From Camelus dromedarius (lineage: Eukaryota): 64,000 nt of DNA. The stretch's first letter is position 1, and every line of letters starts with the position of its first letter. The notes beneath the pieces are model-generated. The model did not search any database. It was not told the DNA's origin and saw only the letters and a program-made list of their open reading frames with translations. Location of the stretch: contig NC_087436.1 of the NCBI RefSeq assembly GCF_036321535.1, forward strand, positions 73,286,001-73,350,000, given 5' to 3'. Positions 12,691 to 24,346 of the stretch are shown here, piece by piece. Position numbers and translations under genes: made by a program.

Positions 12691-14739
12691 ATTCTAAATC
12701 AATAATAATACATTAAAAAACCATTAAGAGAAGTTTAAGCTCATCACAGTGGCACCAGGTTGCATTTCAGAGACTAATGCTTCCACCTGCCATGAAGTCT
12801 GTCTTGTTGAACCTCAGTGGAGAAGCCTGCTTTTTAAGGACATTTACAAAAGGAAACAATTCATAAATCCAAAGTAGAAAGAAAATGAGCATTCGTAAGC
12901 TTTTGTTTCTCCCCCTTCAACCATCTCTCCCCTCTCTGGCTGTCCTGGGTGATGACCCTCCCAATCACAGCCCAGGGTGGACAGTGCCCACATTCACGCT
13001 GCAGAGCAGGCACCCCCGGCCCCTCAGCTTTGGGAGAGTCCTTGCGTGCGCACGACTTTAGGCTATGAGTTGGGTGCCACCCACAGCCCCATCAGGACAA
13101 TACAAGAAAACTGCCAAAAGACTAAAATCCCAGTGACACAGGCATCTATGATATACAAATGGACAGCATATGCCTTTGTTTGATCTATTCAGTAGAGCTA
13201 AACTATACTAAGTTTTAGTGGGGAATTACTTTGACGCCTTGTCAAAGGTCAGTTCTGAAGCCCATCTGTGATCGGATCCCCATCCTCGGTGAGATAGAGG
13301 AAGATGGGGGGCACAGACCCATGATACAGGCATCCAGGGGTGCTGGCTCACAATGTGTTCAAGATCCCAAGTGACTGTAGGACAAGGCGGCTCAACCCCC
13401 GTCCCTCCACAGTCAGGGCCTCCTCCAAATCCCCCGGGGCCCTTGAAGCTACCTCCCTGCCCACAGGCAAGACCACAGGACCCCATAAAGTCTTTCTCCC
13501 TAGATCCCAAATCCACCTTCTGCCTCCTGTTCCCACTCTCAGACCCTAGTCCAATCTTACCTGACTTCAGGGGCAGACCCTTCACTTCAGACTCTGTCCT
13601 TGAATCATTGCCACCCCCCTGTGGACTTCGGACATTGGACAGTTCCTGTGGACCTTGGACGGTCCTTCAAGCAGGATGTTGTCTTCATTCCCCTTCACTC
13701 CATGACTGCCGCTGTGGCTAGGTCCCACTCCACATCCACACCCAGCTCCGAGATCCCAGTCTGTGCCTAAACCCGGGGCTCCCCATGTGCTGGACAGGAG
13801 GGCTCACTCATGCTGGCTGTGCCCAAACACCAAATGGCTCATGTCACTCCTCAGGACCTGGAGGCTATCACCAAATGCCAGGGGCTTGGGATGCAAAGAA
13901 AACCTGCTCTCCAAACCACTATGTTCACGCTGGAATCCTCAGAGCTGCAGGGACCCCACAAAAGTGCCTCAGTGGTCACCCCAGAGTCAAGGAAGGGTGA
14001 CAAACAAGATGGGTTCTAAGCCCCCAGCCCCCCTTCACCCAAAGCATCTCCCCTTGATCTGCCTTGCAAGTTTGCCATTTCCATACAATTTTATTGGGAG
14101 GAACCTCTCTCTCTGTTTTTAAGTGTCCAATCTACTGCATAAAACTTCTTCCTGTAAATCATTATAACCAATTTGAATTATGACATTTTTTTTCAATTTC
14201 TTAACTCTATAGTTACTCTTTATTTTTTAATAGCTCAAAACTATGACTAAGCAGACTTAGAATCCCCTACCCACCTCAAATGCAAAGCCTGCTGTTGGAA
14301 ATCATTGCTAAGTGGGATCAGTCACCCCTGTTTTCTCTTCATTGTCAAGAAGAAGAAAATGCCCATTTTTTCCTCAGCAGGATCTCTTTAAAGTGTCCAT
14401 ATTTATAACAACATAATTATAACTCATGAGAGAGAAATAGAAATGTGAATGACTATTTTTCCTGAGAAACAGAAAGTCACTCAACACTTGTGAAAAAAGT
14501 CTATGGAAATTATCTTTAAAGAAAAAAGATGCATTTACATTTGTCATTGACCTTTGCAGCAGCCAGCCCTAGCTTTCTCTCAGCTGGGAACAGCGTGCAT
14601 AGATGTCTGCACCTTCCAACAGTGAATCTGCAAATCCCCTTCATTCCGTGCTGCCCCTGAGCTGCCAGAATAATCCTCATAAAAAGATGCTGCTGCCTCC
14701 TCCTCCCTCCAGTTAACACATCTCCACAGACCTGAGAGA

Positions 14740-15260
14740 GAGAAACGAACGTTCTCTTTCCCCCACCCCCACAAACACGAAATACACGTTTCTCTGAAGG
14801 AGACTCGGGGAAAGAACAAGCCCTGCTTTCCCAAAGTTGGCAGCTGGCAGGAAGAAAGATATGTTCTTCAGCCCTCCGGGCTGCCTCGCCACAGTTCTGT
14901 CTCCCAGACCACACGCCTTGTCACAGGCCACTGTGTGGTGAGGGAGTACGAGTCCACACAGTTCCTAAGTCCAGGGTTCATGATCCAGAGCTACCCACTT
15001 ACAAGAAAACAGGACACTTCCTCACTGCCAACGAGTCCCGAAAAAAAGGCTGAAGCCAGCAGCTCTGGTCCCCTTCGCGGAAACCAGCCGTGAAGGCTCA
15101 GCAGCCTGGGGAGAGCGGTTTCTCTCCTCTCCAGCCAGTTTCCTGACTGATCTCCCACTTCTTCTCCAAATCCACCACCTCTACAGACAGCGGCTTCTCC
15201 GAGCCAGCTAAGTCTATTGGGCCCCTTCAGTGGCTGGAGTTCCTTTAGATGAGGCCAAGA
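14740..15260 (-). promoter_or_regulatory. Candidate promoter/first-exon region
   Basis: Non-repeat sequence with visibly more CpG than the flanks, ETS cores (acttcctc, cggaaa, tttcctg), RUNX motifs (gaccaca, tgtggt) and a minus-strand GTAAGT donor at 15002. Confidence 0.4.
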
Positions 15261-15405
15261 CAACAAAATCTTCCCACTGTAGATTACTTATCTTTATCAA
15301 AGCATAAATTATATAGAAGAGCATCCTTGCCTTGGAGCACATGTCCTCCACCTTCTGGAAGTCTTCAAGGGAGGGCGTTATCACTGCACCTCATTTTCCA
15401 GCCAC

Positions 15406-15437
15406 CACAACAACAGCAACAACAGCAACAACAGCAA
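15406..15437. repeat. (CAA/CAG)n trinucleotide repeat
   Basis: acaacaacagcaacaacagcaacaacagcaa. Confidence 0.9.
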
Positions 15438-15620
15438 AAAGAACCCTAGCATTTGCTTTCTAGAAGTCACTTTTGATGGTTCTGTGATCTTGGACCAAAG
15501 GATTATGGCTTTATCCTTTAGATGGTCAGTCTACATTTTTCAGAGTCCCAGAATTCTGCAGAGCGTTTGGGTGGGGGGATGGCAGTGTCCTCCATCCCCC
15601 ACCAAAGCAGCCCTACTTTT

Positions 15621-15668
15621 TTCTTTAATTTTTTTTTGAATTGTAGTTGATTTGGCAATGTTAGTTGC
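15621..15668 (-). mobile_element. Ultra-short L1 3' end
   Basis: T tract then ttgaattgtagttgatttggcaatgttagt, flanked by ccaaagcagcc(c/t)tactttt. Confidence 0.85.
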
Positions 15669-15687
15669 CCAAAGCAGCCTTACTTTT

Positions 15688-16160
15688 ATTTTATTTTATT
15701 TTATTTTTTATCGAAGTGTAGTTGATTTGCAATGTTAGTCTCAGGTGTACAGCAAAGTGATTCAGTTATACATATACATACACATTTTTTTACAGATTCT
15801 TTTCCATTATATGTTATTACAAGAAATTGAATATAGTTCCATGTGCTATACAGTAGGACCTTATTGTTTATCTATTTTATATATAGCAATGTGCATCTGT
15901 TAAACTCAAATTTCTAATTTATGCTTCTCCCATCCTTTCCCCTTTGGTAACCATAGTTTGTTTTCTATGTCTGTGAGTCTATTTTTGGTTATTTGTAAAT
16001 GTAATTCATATATTTTTTTTTAGATTCCACATACAAGTGATATCATATGATCTTTGTCTTTACCTGACTTACTTCATTTAATATGATAATGTCTAGGTCC
16101 ATCCATGTTGCTGCAAATGGCATTATTTCATTCTTTTTATGGTTGAGTAATATTCCATTA

Positions 16161-16211
<51 letters not shown>

Positions 16212-16284
16212 CACACCTTCTTATCCAGTCATCTGTTGATGGACATTTAGGTTGTTTCCATATCTTGGCTATTGTAAATAGTGT
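15688..16284 (-). mobile_element. 5'-truncated L1 with internal (TG)n(TA)n
   Basis: (TTTTA)n tail, reverse L1 3'UTR, TSD aagcagcc(c/t)ta(c/t)tttt. Confidence 0.95.
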
Positions 16285-16402
16285 AAGCAGCCCTATTTTT
16301 ACCTGTGTAATACACTAGGGTTTTGTACCTATGCCCTTAAGTGCTGGAAAAGTAGTAAGATACAACCATTTCCAAACAGAATCCATACTATTAGATAACC
16401 AA

Positions 16403-16440
16403 ACACACACACACACGCACGAACACACGCACACACACAC
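16403..16440. repeat. Imperfect (CA)n microsatellite
   Basis: Read directly from the sequence. Confidence 0.9.
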
Positions 16441-18199
16441 GAAGGCTGGGCGGAAGAGCTCTTTAGTTATTCCCCTGGGTCCCAAGTCCCTCAGAGGAGA
16501 GCACTGGAGAATCCAGCCTCTCTGCTCTCCCTCCCTCATCTTCTTCTCCCCTCACTGTCCCCTCCATCTCTTCAACCCACTTCCCTTCCCCTAGAATTCT
16601 TCTTTTTCCCCTCAAAAGGAAAAGGGGAGGGGAATTGAGGAAGAGACACTGGAGGTAGAGACGATGAAGAGGAAAGAAATTCCTGCTTCCAAACTCAAAG
16701 CGAAATATCCACGAGAAAAACCCTGTCCTACTAACATCACTCACTTTCAGAGCAAAACTAAAAACATCATCACGCCAACAGAGGTACTAAATCTTTTCAC
16801 CTTTGGGAAATACCCTTTTCCATTATCCTGGGCTGGCACAGAGCAGTGTTCCAGGATGGAGATCTCATAAGGAAAGAGGGCAGGAGGAAAAGAAAAACGT
16901 GCCCTGGCACATCATGCACAGGAAGTTCTGTTCCAAGAAGGGCTTTTCCTCCCGCCTGAAAGCCAGAATGAAGAAGATACTTGCAGAGTCACAGGCCAAG
17001 AGCCGGCTTTGCCCCGAGTTGGCATCCTGGTCTGGAGTGCAGCCAGAATGAGAGCTTGGTTGTTGCAGTCCACTAAGATGTGGGGGTGGTTTCCACTGCA
17101 GTATAACTTAGAAAAGGCTGACACATAAAGAAATGGGCTGCTGCTGTAAGAACAAACACACTGTGTGGCATTGTCTGTGGGACCAGGTTACAGGTGGTTT
17201 AAAAAAAAAATCTTTTTTGAAGTGATTGTGCCATCTTTGAGCAGAAACTTGAAAGCCATTGCCTAGATCCATCCATCATTTTTCTTACCTTTGCCATGAG
17301 AAAAAGATTGGGGTGGCTCCTCAGTTTGTATTCCACAGCGAAGAAGACCACAGAGCCATGGCTGCAACGTGGACTGAGGAATGCACCTTTGTTTTAAGCA
17401 ACCCCCCAAAAATGTTTGAAAAGATACATTTACACATCTTCATATCTGTGAGAGAAAAGGAGGGAGGAAGGGAGACAGAGAGAGGACAAGAGAAAGAAAA
17501 TGTTTAGAATATCAATGACAAGAGACATTTCAATGGAAGAAGGGTGTTTGGCATATTGTCTGTCACTCAGTGGACTCAAACAAGACCTAGATGGTAGATG
17601 GCAGGAGAAAATGGGGGCACTCCAATGGGAACTGGGAGGATAGCTCATTCAGATGAGCAGCTGCTGCCCCGGGCCTAATTGATTGTGGTTCTGAAGGAGA
17701 CATTTAGTGAACAAAAGAAAAACCGTCACACTCACAAAGCCTTTTGTTAGCAATACCCCCAAGCAAGCTCTGCCCTTCTTAAATGCTCAACCTAAGAATC
17801 TGTGTACCAGCATTAAGACTGATGAAAGCTTGATCCTTTCCCCTCAGAGCAAATGCATTGTGAAAACCTTCCTGGATTTGCAAAAGCCTCAGGAACTGTG
17901 ACAGTAAAACCAGCCCTGGCCTGTTGTAAAATCAGAATACCTCTTTGTATATGGCGATGATGAGAAGGATTTTCACACCAACATCAGAACAGCTGGTGAG
18001 TGGGGATGGATGAGGGGAGGAGGGCAAAGCCCACACAAGGGGATGCTTGGAAGATTAGTTGTTTATCCAAGAGTGGCCAGTATCCTTAAAGAACAAGTGG
18101 AGTCAGACAAGTTCAAGTGAGAAATGGCAGAAAAGTCCTTCTTGATTCCTCTTTCCTGCTTAGGTCCTATAGTTAATCAGTTACCAGTTTCTACTAATT

Positions 18200-18875
18200 C
18201 TAACTCCACAGCATGCATCCCATTCATCTCTAACTCCCCTTTATGCCTCTGACAGTACTGAGCTCATAGCAATAGCTCTTCCTGGACCACTGCAATACTT
18301 TCAAACCACCTCCCTGCTCCTTTGCCCTCACCCATCCATTCTACCCAATGTCAATGGATTAATCTTCCTAAAACACAGTTCTGATATCAGTACCAGCTCC
18401 CTATTGCTATGGACTAAAGTCCCCAATCCCCACTCTAGTTTCCAAACTGCTCCCTAATCTGCCCCCCTGTTCCCTCCACACTCTTAGAAATCTGACCAAA
18501 GTAAAGATTCATTCCTTTATCAACCACCATTTTATTCCTTTCTGTACCTTTTTTGAGCTGTTGCCTTCCTCCTTTTTTTTTTTAACATTTTTTATTGATT
18601 TATAATCATTTTACAATGTTGTGTGTTGCCTTCCTCCTTTATTTCAAACGTTTAAATCAAAAATTCTTCACAACCCAGTTCATTGCCACCTCCTCCTTGA
18701 AGCCTTCTGAAATCCTTCCAATTAGTAGTTATCACTCCCCGTTCTGAACTTACAGATCACATCATCTGGGTCTCTTCTCGGATATGCATCCCTCCCCATT
18801 GGGGTCATTTGTGTGCATGCCTTTCTCCCTCTTGGAGTTTGCTGCAAGGCAAAGTCTGTCTTATTCCTTTGCTCA
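18200..18875 (+). mobile_element. L2 fragment
   Basis: ctcttcctggaccactgcaatac...aatcttcctaaaacacagttctgat...cacctcctccttgaagccttct are L2-like motifs. Confidence 0.7.
18576..18623 (-). mobile_element. 48-nt L1 3' terminus inserted in L2
   Basis: Perfect 17-bp TSD tgttgccttcctccttt (18559-18575, 18624-18640) around T tract plus ttattgatttataatcattttacaatgttgtg. Confidence 0.92.
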
Positions 18876-19419
18876 TGGAAGGTAGAAGGGAGGGGAGCAA
18901 GAGAAGGAAATAAGAACTCTGGCTAGCACCATGGTACTTAAGCAGCCCAAATAGTCCCCAACAAACTTAGTTCTTGTTCTTCTGCCTCCCTAGACTTTCC
19001 ATGTCTCTCCAAAATGTGATGTGGTCTTGTTTTCTACTTTCTTCTTCTCTAATTAGCAACCAAGAGCAGATTGGGTCCCAGATTAGACTGCCAGATCCCT
19101 GAGCCTTCAGCAAGGAGCCAGCAGTTTCTTGATGGCAGGAAAGGAGATGCCAGGAAATGGGCAGAAGAGCTTGTAAGAGTCAGGCCAGATAGTGGAAGAG
19201 AAGGGGAGGCTGTACAAGTGATGAAGTGACTTGCATGAAAGCATTGTCCCAGAGCCATGAAGTAGGGGCGTCAGATCAGCTCCCATGGCTGCTTCTGTGC
19301 TACAACCTCAGATGCAAAACAGCCAGGTGTCCCGACACCTTCCAGAGATGGAAGGACACGGCTCTGAAATGAAGAGTCCTCCCAAGCTCCACAGGCAGGC
19401 GGTCCTGGGCGCAGCCCTA

Positions 19420-19600
19420 GGGAACAGTAATAGTTGGCGATGTTCCAGGCCCTCTGCCAAGTGCTGCACCTGAGTTCTTTCATTGAAGCCTCAAAATACT
19501 GGCCATTTTACAGGTGAAGAAGCTGAGGCTCTGCTCTGTGGCTCTCTCGCAAAGATCCAGTCTGCTGGAGCTGCCGACTTTCACTCCCGCAGCTGTGATG
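19420..19600 (-). mobile_element. MIR fragment
   Basis: ccattttacaggtgaagaagctgaggctc is the reverse MIR core. Confidence 0.7.
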
Positions 19601-21079
19601 TGACATGTAAGCAGCTCAGATGGCCAAGGGCCCCTCGCCTCCCCTCAGCACCACCTTCCGCCCCACCCCCACCCCAGGTGGTGACTATTTCAGCCCAGCC
19701 AGCTGCATGCAGTCTTTTGTTCCATCACCACTGGTGCTCAACCAACTGGCACTTCCAAAGCCCTGGCACTGATTGTACAGCTCCCACGTGACCTCATACG
19801 TCCAATTAGTTTTGACCCTGATAAGTGGGATCAAGTGGGGTGGCAGCTTCAGCCAGGGAGTCCAACTAGTCATTGCCACTGGGTTTTGGCAGCCTGTCAT
19901 TCCACAAGCGCTGTCCTTTAAACCAAAGTCTGATTTCACCCTGCTGTCACATTCTGTGCCTAAAGAAGTCTTCACGTCTTCTCTGCATCCGGGTTCTCTC
20001 CACTCATCCTGCCTCCAGCTGCAAAATGCATCTTGTTCAACAATTCAGTGGCTCCTCATGGTCTCAGTAATTATGGGCAGGGGTTTACAGCCCTTTTTGT
20101 TCTGCTACAAGCATCTCCCCAGCCTCACCTCCAGCACCCCGTACAGGCACCTGGAATCCAGCCCAACTAACCACAGTCCTTTCCTCCAAATTCTACAAAT
20201 GCTGGCAGTGCTCTCCCTCTCCACTTCCGTCAGTAGAAATCCCACCACCACCACAAGACTCAGCTACACGCTGAAGATTTTCAAGAATTGCCTGCGCTTT
20301 CTCCTGATTCTCTATCCTGAGTAGGACTCCCATCACGATGACTCCGCGTGCTGTGCCTCCTTTATCATCCTCACAGCATTCTACCCTCCTCTACAGCTGC
20401 CTACATCTCTTCTAAATTCCTTTATCATAAACTGTCGACTCACGGGCAGACTTTCCTGCGTGTTCATCCCACTTCCATCCCCACCCACTACCTACACAAA
20501 AGCAGCCAACTGAGCCTCTCATATCACAGTGCTCAAACTCTGTTTATTGAATTACATTATAAATTGCTGAGTGGGGTAAATATTCTTAACAGAGCTGTTG
20601 GAGTTACTCCTTTATCCTGGGGTTTTATCCTGAAGGTCTGTTATTTCCTTTTCGTCATTGCTCATTCTATCAAGTGCTGATTGTCCATTCTAATCTGGTA
20701 ACAATCCAGAAGTTTGACAAATATCACTTAATATACCAGTGATTCAATATTTTCTCTGAATTTCCAAACAAATTTGTATTCAAGTCGTGAAGATAAAATG
20801 TGAAGGATACTGAGAAATGGCTTTTTTTCCCTACTGTGTCCTTTCCCAGCCTGGAAGGCCTGTGCAAAGCACCAGCCTAGGATGAGCCACTTTTTATTCC
20901 AAAGTTTATTTTGTGGGTTTTCTGGGTTAGAAAAATGATTAAGTACTTTTTGATGGAAAGGCCTCTGCTTGACTCTAGACTACAAAGGTAGAGAAATACA
21001 TAAAAAGAGATGAAACAAAGAACATTAGGCCCTCTTTATTTAAGTGTGATAATTAGAACTAGAAAACAAAAAAACACCA

Positions 21080-22180
21080 TTCAGTGAAAAGTCAACCCAC
21101 AGAATAGGAGAAAGTATTCGTAAATCATATATCTGATAAATGACTTGTATCTAGAATATACAAAGAACTCTTACAACTCAATAATAAAAAAGACAAATAT
21201 CCTAATTTTAAAATGGACAAAGGATCTGAATAGACATTTCTCCAAGGAAGATACACAAATAGCCAGTAAGCACATGAAAAGATGCTTAACACCACTAGTC
21301 ATTAGGAAAATGCAAATCAAAACCACAATGAAATACCACTTCACAACCACTAGGATGGAATCAAAAAAGACAGATACTAACGAGTATCGGTGAAGATATG
21401 GAGACATTGGGAGACTCACACGCTGCAGATAGGAATATAAAGTGATGTAGTCATTTGGAAAACAACCTGGTTGGCAGTGCTTCAAACGATTAAACATAGA
21501 GTTACCATGTGAACCAGCAATTCCACTCCTGGATGTATGCCCATGAGAAAAAAAGACATATGTCCAAACAAAAACTTGTGCATGAATATTTATGGCAGCA
21601 TTATTCATAGTAGCCAAAAGCTGCAAACAACCCAAATGTCCATCAGCAGATGAAGGGATAAACAAAATGTGGTACATCCATACCATGGAATATTATTTGG
21701 TCATAAAAATGAATGAAGTATTGAAAGGAGGGTATAGCTCAGTGGTAGAGCACATGCTCAGCACTTCCATTAAATAAAAAAGTAAATAAATAAACCTATT
21801 TACCTCCCCCCAAAACAAAAACAAAGAAAAAGGAATAAAATATTGATACATGCTGCAATATGGATGAAACGTGAAAATATCATGCTGAGTAAAACAAGGG
21901 AGTCACAAAAGACCACCTACTGTATGATTACATTCTTATGAAAGTCCAGAATAAGGAAATCCAGAGACAGAAAGTAGAGTAGTGGTTGCTTAGGTCTGGG
22001 AAGAAAGATCAGGGATAAGGGATGATATCTAAAAGGTACAGGATTTCTTTTTGAGATAATTAAAATGTTCTAAGATTGACTATAGTGATTTTTGCACATA
22101 TCTGTGAATATACTAAAAACCATTTACATTTTAAATGGGTAATTGGATGGTATATAAATTATCTCTCAATAAAGCTGTTT
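21080..22180 (+). mobile_element. Old L1 (L1MB-like) ORF2 end and 3'UTR
   Basis: Peptide [25 protein letters not shown]; terminus gtatataaattatctctcaataaagctgtt. Confidence 0.92.
21727..21832 (+). mobile_element. Vic-1-like SINE with internal deletion, nested in old L1
   Basis: ggagggtatagctcagtggtagag...cttccattaaat...aaacctatttacctccccc; TSD gaat(g/a)aa(g/a)tattga at 21711-21724 and 21833-21846. Confidence 0.9.
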
Positions 22181-22253
22181 TAGCAGAGCATGGGGGGAAG
22201 ACTTCCTCTTCTTAATTATGCTAATAGAACTGGAAAACAAAAAACATGTCCCT

Positions 22254-23235
22254 GTAAATATCTACAAATTTTGAAATCCCAGTCTGTCCCTTTCCAAACC
22301 CCACCCCAATTGCAACCACAAGTATGTATTCTATGTCTATGAGTTTGTTTCTGTTTTGTATTTTTTTTTTTTTTAGATCCCACATATGAACGATCTCATA
22401 TGGTATTTTTCTTTCTCTTTCTGGTTTACTTCACTTAAAATGACATTCTCCAGGGACAACCATGTTGCTGCAAATGGTGTTATGTTGTTATTTTTATGGC
22501 TGAATAGTATTCCATTGTATAAATATACCACCACTTCTTTATCCAGTCATCTGTTGATGGACATTTAGGCTGTTTCCATGTCTTGGCTATTGTAAATAGT
22601 GCTGCTATGAACACTGGGGTGCAGGTGTCTTTTTGAAGTAGGGTTCCTTCTGGATATAAGCCCAAGAGCGGGATTCCTGGGTCATATGGTAAGTCTATTC
22701 CTAGTCTTTTGAAGAATCTCCATACTGTTTTCAGCAGTGGCTGCACCAAACTGCATTCCCACCAGCAGTGTAGGAGGGTTCCCTTTTCTCCACAGCCTCT
22801 CCAGCATTGTCATTTGTGGACTTTTGAATGATGGCCATTGTGGCTGGTGTGAGGTGATATCTCATCATAGTTTTGATTTGCATTTCTCTGATAGTTAGTG
22901 ATATTGAGCATTTTTTCATGTGCCTATTGATCATTTGTATTTCTTCCTTGGAAAATTGCTTGTTTAGGTCTTCTGTGCATTTTTGGATTGGGTTGTTTGG
23001 TTTTTTCTTATTAGGTCATATGAGCTATTTATATATTCTGGCTATGTAGAATAGATAAACAAGATTATACTGTATAGCACAGGGAAATATATACAAGATC
23101 TTGTAGCTCACAGCAAAAAAAAAATGTGACAATGAATATATGTATGTTCATGTATAACTGAAAAATTGTGCTCTACACTGGAATTTGACACAAGATTGTA
23201 AAATGACTATAACTCAATAAAAAAAAGTTTTTTAA
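22254..23235 (+). mobile_element. Young L1 with large 5' inversion
   Basis: About 22254-23042 is antisense L1 (minus-strand ORF2 peptides in the track); about 23043-23235 is the sense 3' end with poly(A). Confidence 0.93.
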
Positions 23236-23379
23236 AAATGCCCCTAAATAAATAAAGATTGTTAATCAGATGCATAAACTAGATAGAAAGGAAACATTAG
23301 TTCATTACTAGGACCCCTACCTGCTGCTTCCCAGCCTAGGAGGATCTAGTCCAGCCAAGGACTTACACAAATCCAGCTA

Positions 23380-23960
23380 CAGTGAGCAGAGTCTTTTCCA
23401 CTGTGAATTAAATAAACTGATCTCAAATGGCTTAAGACAAAAGGGAAGACACTGGGTCACATAATCAGGAAGTATAGGATTGGATCTGGGCTTCAGACTC
23501 AGCCGGGCCTAAGAATTCAAATGAGATTGTCAAAACACTCTTCCTTTCCTTTCTCTCCCCTCCTCTTCACTTTCTCCCCCCTCCCTCTTCTATCTCTCTA
23601 CTCCTCTCTCTTTCTCCAACAAGAATCTACTCCACACTCTTTATCAGTCTGGCAGAGACATTGCTGCCAATACACTAGACCTTGAGCAGCTCCTGGTGCA
23701 AGAAGAGAGAGAGAACATGAGTTCATCTCTCCCAATTTCTTCGGTGAAATTCTCCATTCTTGAGAAAGATTTTGGTTGGCCTGGCTAGACGTGTGTTCAT
23801 CCTTGACAAACCTCAATGGTCAGAGAATGGAGTGCTATGTGTAACTGGTCAGGCCGGGGTTACATGCCAAGGGGGTGTGGATGCTAAAAGGACCAAAACA
23901 GCAAATGTCCATACACTGGCCTTAAGGAATGTTAGGGAAATTTTTTACCCACCAGAAAAT
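23380..23960 (-). mobile_element. Old MaLR LTR (MLT1-like)
   Basis: agtcttttccactgtg...tctcaaatggcttaagacaaaaggg...gggtcacataat, and gattttggttggcctggctagacgtgtg. Confidence 0.55.
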
Positions 23961-24346
23961 GTCATCTAGGGTCAGCTCCCTAAGTCAGTCAGTGCTCTTA
24001 TTCGAACAGTACAGACATTGATTCAAGGAGAAAGATGTTTACTGAAATAATATTAGAAAGCTAACAGAATTACCAGGAAGGCTAGAGGATAAGGCTCAGA
24101 AAACAGGAGGGACACCAACACCACAGCTAAAATCCCGCTATCAGGTCATCGCCCCACACTGGGTGCTGCAGCTGGCACCCCTGCACCAGGACCTGGATGA
24201 CACCCCTGTTCCACTGCCACTCCACACCTGGAAACTAGAAGGCTCACTTGCCACCCCGCTAGGAAGAATTCTTTCTGGGTAGCCACATACTCAGCTAGAA
24301 AGTGGAGATGCTACTACTAAAGCATGAGGAGAGAATGGATTTCAGA

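Noticed and set aside
13226..14122. Cluster of overlapping Pro/Gly-rich ORFs
   Set aside because: Expected from locally high GC content; no recognisable protein.
15249..15449. PolyQ-containing ORF
   Set aside because: Short ORF crossing a CAA/CAG microsatellite with no exon support.
19773..20324. 183-aa ORF, the longest in the track
   Set aside because: Non-ATG start, Ser/Leu-rich with no recognisable domain, and its 3' part overlaps L2-like sequence.
21171..21686. 171-aa hydrophobic minus-strand ORF
   Set aside because: Antisense reading of the L1 ORF2 end, a common artefact.
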